A stretch of 64,000 nucleotides of DNA from an uncultured candidatus Porisulfidus sp. (GTDB lineage: Bacteria; Pseudomonadota; Gammaproteobacteria; Poriferisulfidales; Poriferisulfidaceae). How positions within the stretch are numbered: position 1 is the first letter of the stretch; every line of letters starts with the position of its first letter. A program made the translations under genes and the position numbers. Shown piece after piece: positions 60,566-64,000 of this stretch. The notes beneath the pieces were generated by a model, which made no database searches, had not been told where the DNA came from, and saw only the letters and a program-made list of their open reading frames with translations. The stretch is taken from NCBI GenBank assembly GCA_965199755.1, contig CBDASZ010000001.1, forward strand, positions 448,001 through 512,000, given 5' to 3'.

Positions 60566-61888
60566 ATGATGAGTACAGACTCAAAAGGAAAGAATAGGGA
60601 CAACAGCCTGTTGAGTTGTTCGTTCTGCCACAAGAGCCAGAATCAGGTGAAGCGGCTGATCGCCGGGCCGAAGGTGTACATTTGCAATGAGTGCGTGGAA
60701 GTCTGCAACGACATCATGCGCGAGGAACTCACGGAGGAGCCGGAGCAGCGAGACCACGGTCTGCCGGTGCCGGAGAGCATCTACAGCACCCTGGAAGATC
60801 ATGTGGTCGGGCAGGAACAGCCCAAAAAGGCGCTGTCGGTGGCCGTCTATAACCACTACAAGCGTTTCAAGCACAACTTCGAGAGTAAGAACGTGGACCC
60901 GGACCGCCGCTATGTTCTGGGCGAGAAGGACGATGAAGATGATGTGGAGTTGGCCAAGAGCAATATTCTGCTGATCGGCCCGACTGGTTCGGGTAAGACC
61001 TTGCTCGCAGAGACGCTGGCGCGCTGTCTGAATGTGCCATTCACCATCGCGGACGCGACCACCCTGACAGAAGCGGGATACGTTGGCGAAGACGTCGAGA
61101 ACATCATTCAGAAATTGCTGCAGAAATGCGATTATGATGTGGAAAGCGCCCAGCAGGGCATTGTCTACATTGATGAGATTGACAAGATTTCGCGCAAGTC
61201 TGACCACCCTTCTATCACGCGGGATGTGTCGGGCGAGGGCGTGCAGCAGGCGTTGCTGAAACTGATCGAAGGCACCATCGCATCGGTGCCGCCGCAAGGC
61301 GGGCGTAAGCATCCGCAGCAGGAATTCCTGCAGGTGGACACCAGCAATATCCTGTTTATTTGTGGCGGTGCGTTTGCCGGACTGGACAAAATCATTCGCG
61401 CGCGTACCGAGAAAAGTGGCATTGGCTTTGGTGCCGATGTCTACGGGTCTGAAGCGCGTCAGATCAAGGATCTTTTAGAAGATACGCAGCCGCAGGACCT
61501 GATTCAGTATGGGTTGATCCCGGAGTTCGTGGGTCGTCTGCCGGTGGTGGCGGTGCTTGAGGAACTGGATGAAGAAGTGCTGGTGCGTGTTCTGACTGAG
61601 CCCAGAAATTCACTGGTGCGGCAGTACAAGAAACTGTTTGGTATGGAAAACGTCAAACTGGAGTTCCACGGCGATGCATTGCATGCGATTGCCAGCGCCG
61701 CGAAGGAGCGTCGCACGGGCGCGCGTGGCTTGCGGACGATATTGGAGAATGTGCTGCTGGATACGATGTATGACCTGCCTTCACTGGAGGGAGCCACCAA
61801 GGTGGTGATCGATGAGGCGGTGATTAATGGCGACAAGGAGCCGCTCGTAATCTACGAAGATACGGTAGAGGAGAATCGCCGCGCCTGA
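60566..61888 (+). CDS. clpX: ATP-dependent Clp protease ATPase subunit
   Basis: CSFC..ICNEC zinc finger, [19 protein letters not shown] loop, GARGLR. Confidence 0.98.
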   Translation: MMSTDSKGKNRDNSLLSCSFCHKSQNQVKRLIAGPKVYICNECVEVCNDIMREELTEEPEQRDHGLPVPESIYSTLEDHVVGQEQPKKALSVAVYNHYKRFKHNFESKNVDPDRRYVLGEKDDEDDVELAKSNILLIGPTGSGKTLLAETLARCLNVPFTIADATTLTEAGYVGEDVENIIQKLLQKCDYDVESAQQGIVYIDEIDKISRKSDHPSITRDVSGEGVQQALLKLIEGTIASVPPQGGRKHPQQEFLQVDTSNILFICGGAFAGLDKIIRARTEKSGIGFGADVYGSEARQIKDLLEDTQPQDLIQYGLIPEFVGRLPVVAVLEELDEEVLVRVLTEPRNSLVRQYKKLFGMENVKLEFHGDALHAIASAAKERRTGARGLRTILENVLLDTMYDLPSLEGATKVVIDEAVINGDKEPLVIYEDTVEENRRA

Positions 61889-61899
61889 ATCAGGCAGAT

Positions 61900-63609
61900 T
61901 TACTTGATAACCCACTCCGGGGCCTGCTGGTCCCGTTTGAGTTTTTCACGTTGCAGGCAAACTGACTCAAAGATCTCTTCCGGTTCGGGGGGCTTCGCAT
62001 CCCCACGAATTCCTGGCAGGCTTGAGGCAGCCTCCAGCAGGAATTTCTCTCGCAGGGGATCGTTCAGATATGCCCGATCCCACCAGTCCAGAATCCGATC
62101 TTGCGCCTGTTCCAGAGTCGTGTCGCTAGGGAGCAGGTCTCGTTTCTGGTTTTGATTGACCGTGCGGCTTGCTGGCATCAGATTCCACAAGTCCCCGCAG
62201 GACCAGACTGACCAAGGCAGACAGTGGTCGATATCCAGAGAATTTTCGCGCAGGCTCTTCCCGCTCCAGACACAATGCAGACCTTCTTTTTGCAGCAAGG
62301 TCAATGCGCGCGCGCGTGGCTGTTGCACATCACGCTCGGGATCGGCCCACAACATGGTATTCTTGATGCGTGCTTCAAGTTCTGCCGTCGATTCGTGCCC
62401 ATATTTCGTGTAGTTCACAATCATTTTTGTCCACTCGGCCTCAATTACAGGTTCGATCCATATGGTCTGTGTCTGCAACACATACCACAAATCCTTAGGG
62501 ATGCGCAATTCGCCGAAGAGCGACAGATAGGTTTCATCCAGCCGTAAGAAATCTTTGATTCGACCTCTTGATGCTGATGAGCGGTAGTGCAGAATCGGGT
62601 CTCCACTGGGATAGGTCATATAGTGAACTGGCATTTTGATGATATTGTTTGCTGCATCCCTGAGTGCCTGATGTAAAGTACGCGCTGTCTCTCCTGAGAA
62701 TTGCATCCCCGGCCTCAGATCAAGAGGAGAAATATGGAGCCTTTGCAAAGCCTCTTTGGCGAATCCGAGTCTTCCATTGCCAGCGGGCAATTGTGGCAGC
62801 CGCTCATCCAGAAGCGGCTTGTACAAGCGCAGCCACGTCATTGCGACCAGTCCCATGGGCACACTGACTGTGCCGTCATTACGGTAGCATGCCATTCCGC
62901 CAGCACTTTCTGCAATTCTGCAGAGGGTGCGCAGGAGCGCAAGTTTATGTGTGGCGCTCTTGCTCTGTTTCAGAATGACGTGCCGGATTAGCGCCAGCTC
63001 ACCACTGCTGTCTTCCGGGAATCGAATGGCGAGTTGCACCCAGCGAATATTTGCACGTTCCAGAGCATCGGTTTGTTCCTGTCGATAACGAATCACGGCA
63101 CCGTGGTCGCGCGCCAACTCTTCGATTTCTGATTCAGATACTTGATAGATGCAGCGCTCCAGGTCTTCCGGCCCGTTGCGCAGTGTCAGTATCAAGATGC
63201 CTTCTTTATTGAGCAGCCCGATGAGTTTGCGAAAGGCTCGTCTACGTTTCTTCTCTGGTATGTGCATCCATACTGCGCTTAGCAAGATGAGATCGAATGT
63301 CTCGTTGCGCAAACTTTTAGGCAGATCCGGCAACCGCCCTTCTATCCACTTAACCGAAGCATCAGGGTGCCGGCGTTTTGCCTCCTGGCGCATGGCCCGA
63401 CTGGGCTCGACGGCGGTTACTTTATGTCCGAGGCTTGCTAACCAAGCCGCATCGCGGCCACTGCCAGACCCAATATCCAAAATCCTTAGTGGCGTATTAA
63501 GTAATAATTCTCCAGCCCAGCGATGCAGATGCGCTGGCTGGATGCTCTCGTAACGATCTGAGGCATATTTAGCGTGTGCTTCGTACCAGCGATACCCGTC
63601 TCGACTCAT
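61900..63609 (-). CDS. Class I SAM-dependent methyltransferase fused to a C-terminal HNH endonuclease domain
   Basis: ILDIGSGSGRDA..VTAVEPS, FDLILLSAVWMH; middle KSATHKLALLR; C-terminal CVWSG....DIDHCLPWS..DLWNLMPA...N..K.D.LPS. Confidence 0.85.
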   Translation of the reverse strand: MSRDGYRWYEAHAKYASDRYESIQPAHLHRWAGELLLNTPLRILDIGSGSGRDAAWLASLGHKVTAVEPSRAMRQEAKRRHPDASVKWIEGRLPDLPKSLRNETFDLILLSAVWMHIPEKKRRRAFRKLIGLLNKEGILILTLRNGPEDLERCIYQVSESEIEELARDHGAVIRYRQEQTDALERANIRWVQLAIRFPEDSSGELALIRHVILKQSKSATHKLALLRTLCRIAESAGGMACYRNDGTVSVPMGLVAMTWLRLYKPLLDERLPQLPAGNGRLGFAKEALQRLHISPLDLRPGMQFSGETARTLHQALRDAANNIIKMPVHYMTYPSGDPILHYRSSASRGRIKDFLRLDETYLSLFGELRIPKDLWYVLQTQTIWIEPVIEAEWTKMIVNYTKYGHESTAELEARIKNTMLWADPERDVQQPRARALTLLQKEGLHCVWSGKSLRENSLDIDHCLPWSVWSCGDLWNLMPASRTVNQNQKRDLLPSDTTLEQAQDRILDWWDRAYLNDPLREKFLLEAASSLPGIRGDAKPPEPEEIFESVCLQREKLKRDQQAPEWVIK

Positions 63610-63704
63610 GGTTTTCGGGGCCTCCTATAACACGCCATTGCCGGTTTCACTACTGAAGTTATGTGCTATTGCTAAATTCTATCATCTTGTTTTACACGGC
63701 GCAC

Positions 63705-63731
63705 CTTGAAATAACCCCTTATAATCCCCAT
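63705..63731 (+). promoter_or_regulatory. Sigma32 (RpoH) promoter of lon
   Basis: CTTGAAA-14 nt-CCCCAT, matching the heat-shock consensus, upstream of lon. Confidence 0.85.
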
Positions 63732-63790
63732 TGTCCTAATGTCTGGCGCTCGCAGCGCTGCGGCATCATTATAGTAACTATCGGTTCATC

Positions 63791-64000
63791 ATGGCTGAAA
63801 AGGAAAAAGAAAAATCCAAAGTTCGACACATTCGCACCACTGGCTCTTCCGCAGACGCTGTCACCCCAGATGAAGTCCTGCCGGTGTTGCCACTGCGCGA
63901 TGTAGTAGTTTATCCGGGCATGGTGTTGCCGCTGTTCGTCGGGCGTCAGAAGTCGATCCGTGCAGTGGAAGCCGCCATGGAGTCTAGCAAGCAGATTCTG
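63791..64000 (+). CDS. lon: Lon protease (5' part; runs off the window)
   Basis: Hand translation [40 protein letters not shown]; follows clpX. Confidence 0.93.
   Translation, partial: MAEKEKEKSKVRHIRTTGSSADAVTPDEVLPVLPLRDVVVYPGMVLPLFVGRQKSIRAVEAAMESSKQIL

Overview
GC-rich gammaproteobacterial chromosome segment, mostly conserved housekeeping synteny: recA-recX-alaS-lysC-csrA-tRNA-Ser; rsmI-rnpB; a complete dcw cluster (mraZ to ftsZ, then lpxC); secA-argJ-mutT; hemCDXY; argH; lptM-lysA; argC; tRNA-Leu-tig-clpP-clpX-lon. aprBA (APS reductase) points to dissimilatory sulfur metabolism, probably sulfur oxidation. Four accessory modules interrupt this backbone. (1) A type II-C-like Cas9 gene on the minus strand (2952 to beyond the left edge, absent from the ORF track) with a divergent candidate tracrRNA and a broken nuclease-like gene. 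(2) Directly after tRNA-Ser, a WYL regulator, a perfect 27-bp palindrome, a hairpin-dense ~230-nt intergenic stretch, a divergent ARPP-1/DUF6569-like gene and an internally deleted copy of it. (3) An EcoRV-like restriction-modification pair after aprA. (4) A methyltransferase-HNH fusion between clpX and lon. No CRISPR array, integrase or transposase was seen in the window. All family calls come from motif recognition by eye, not database searches.
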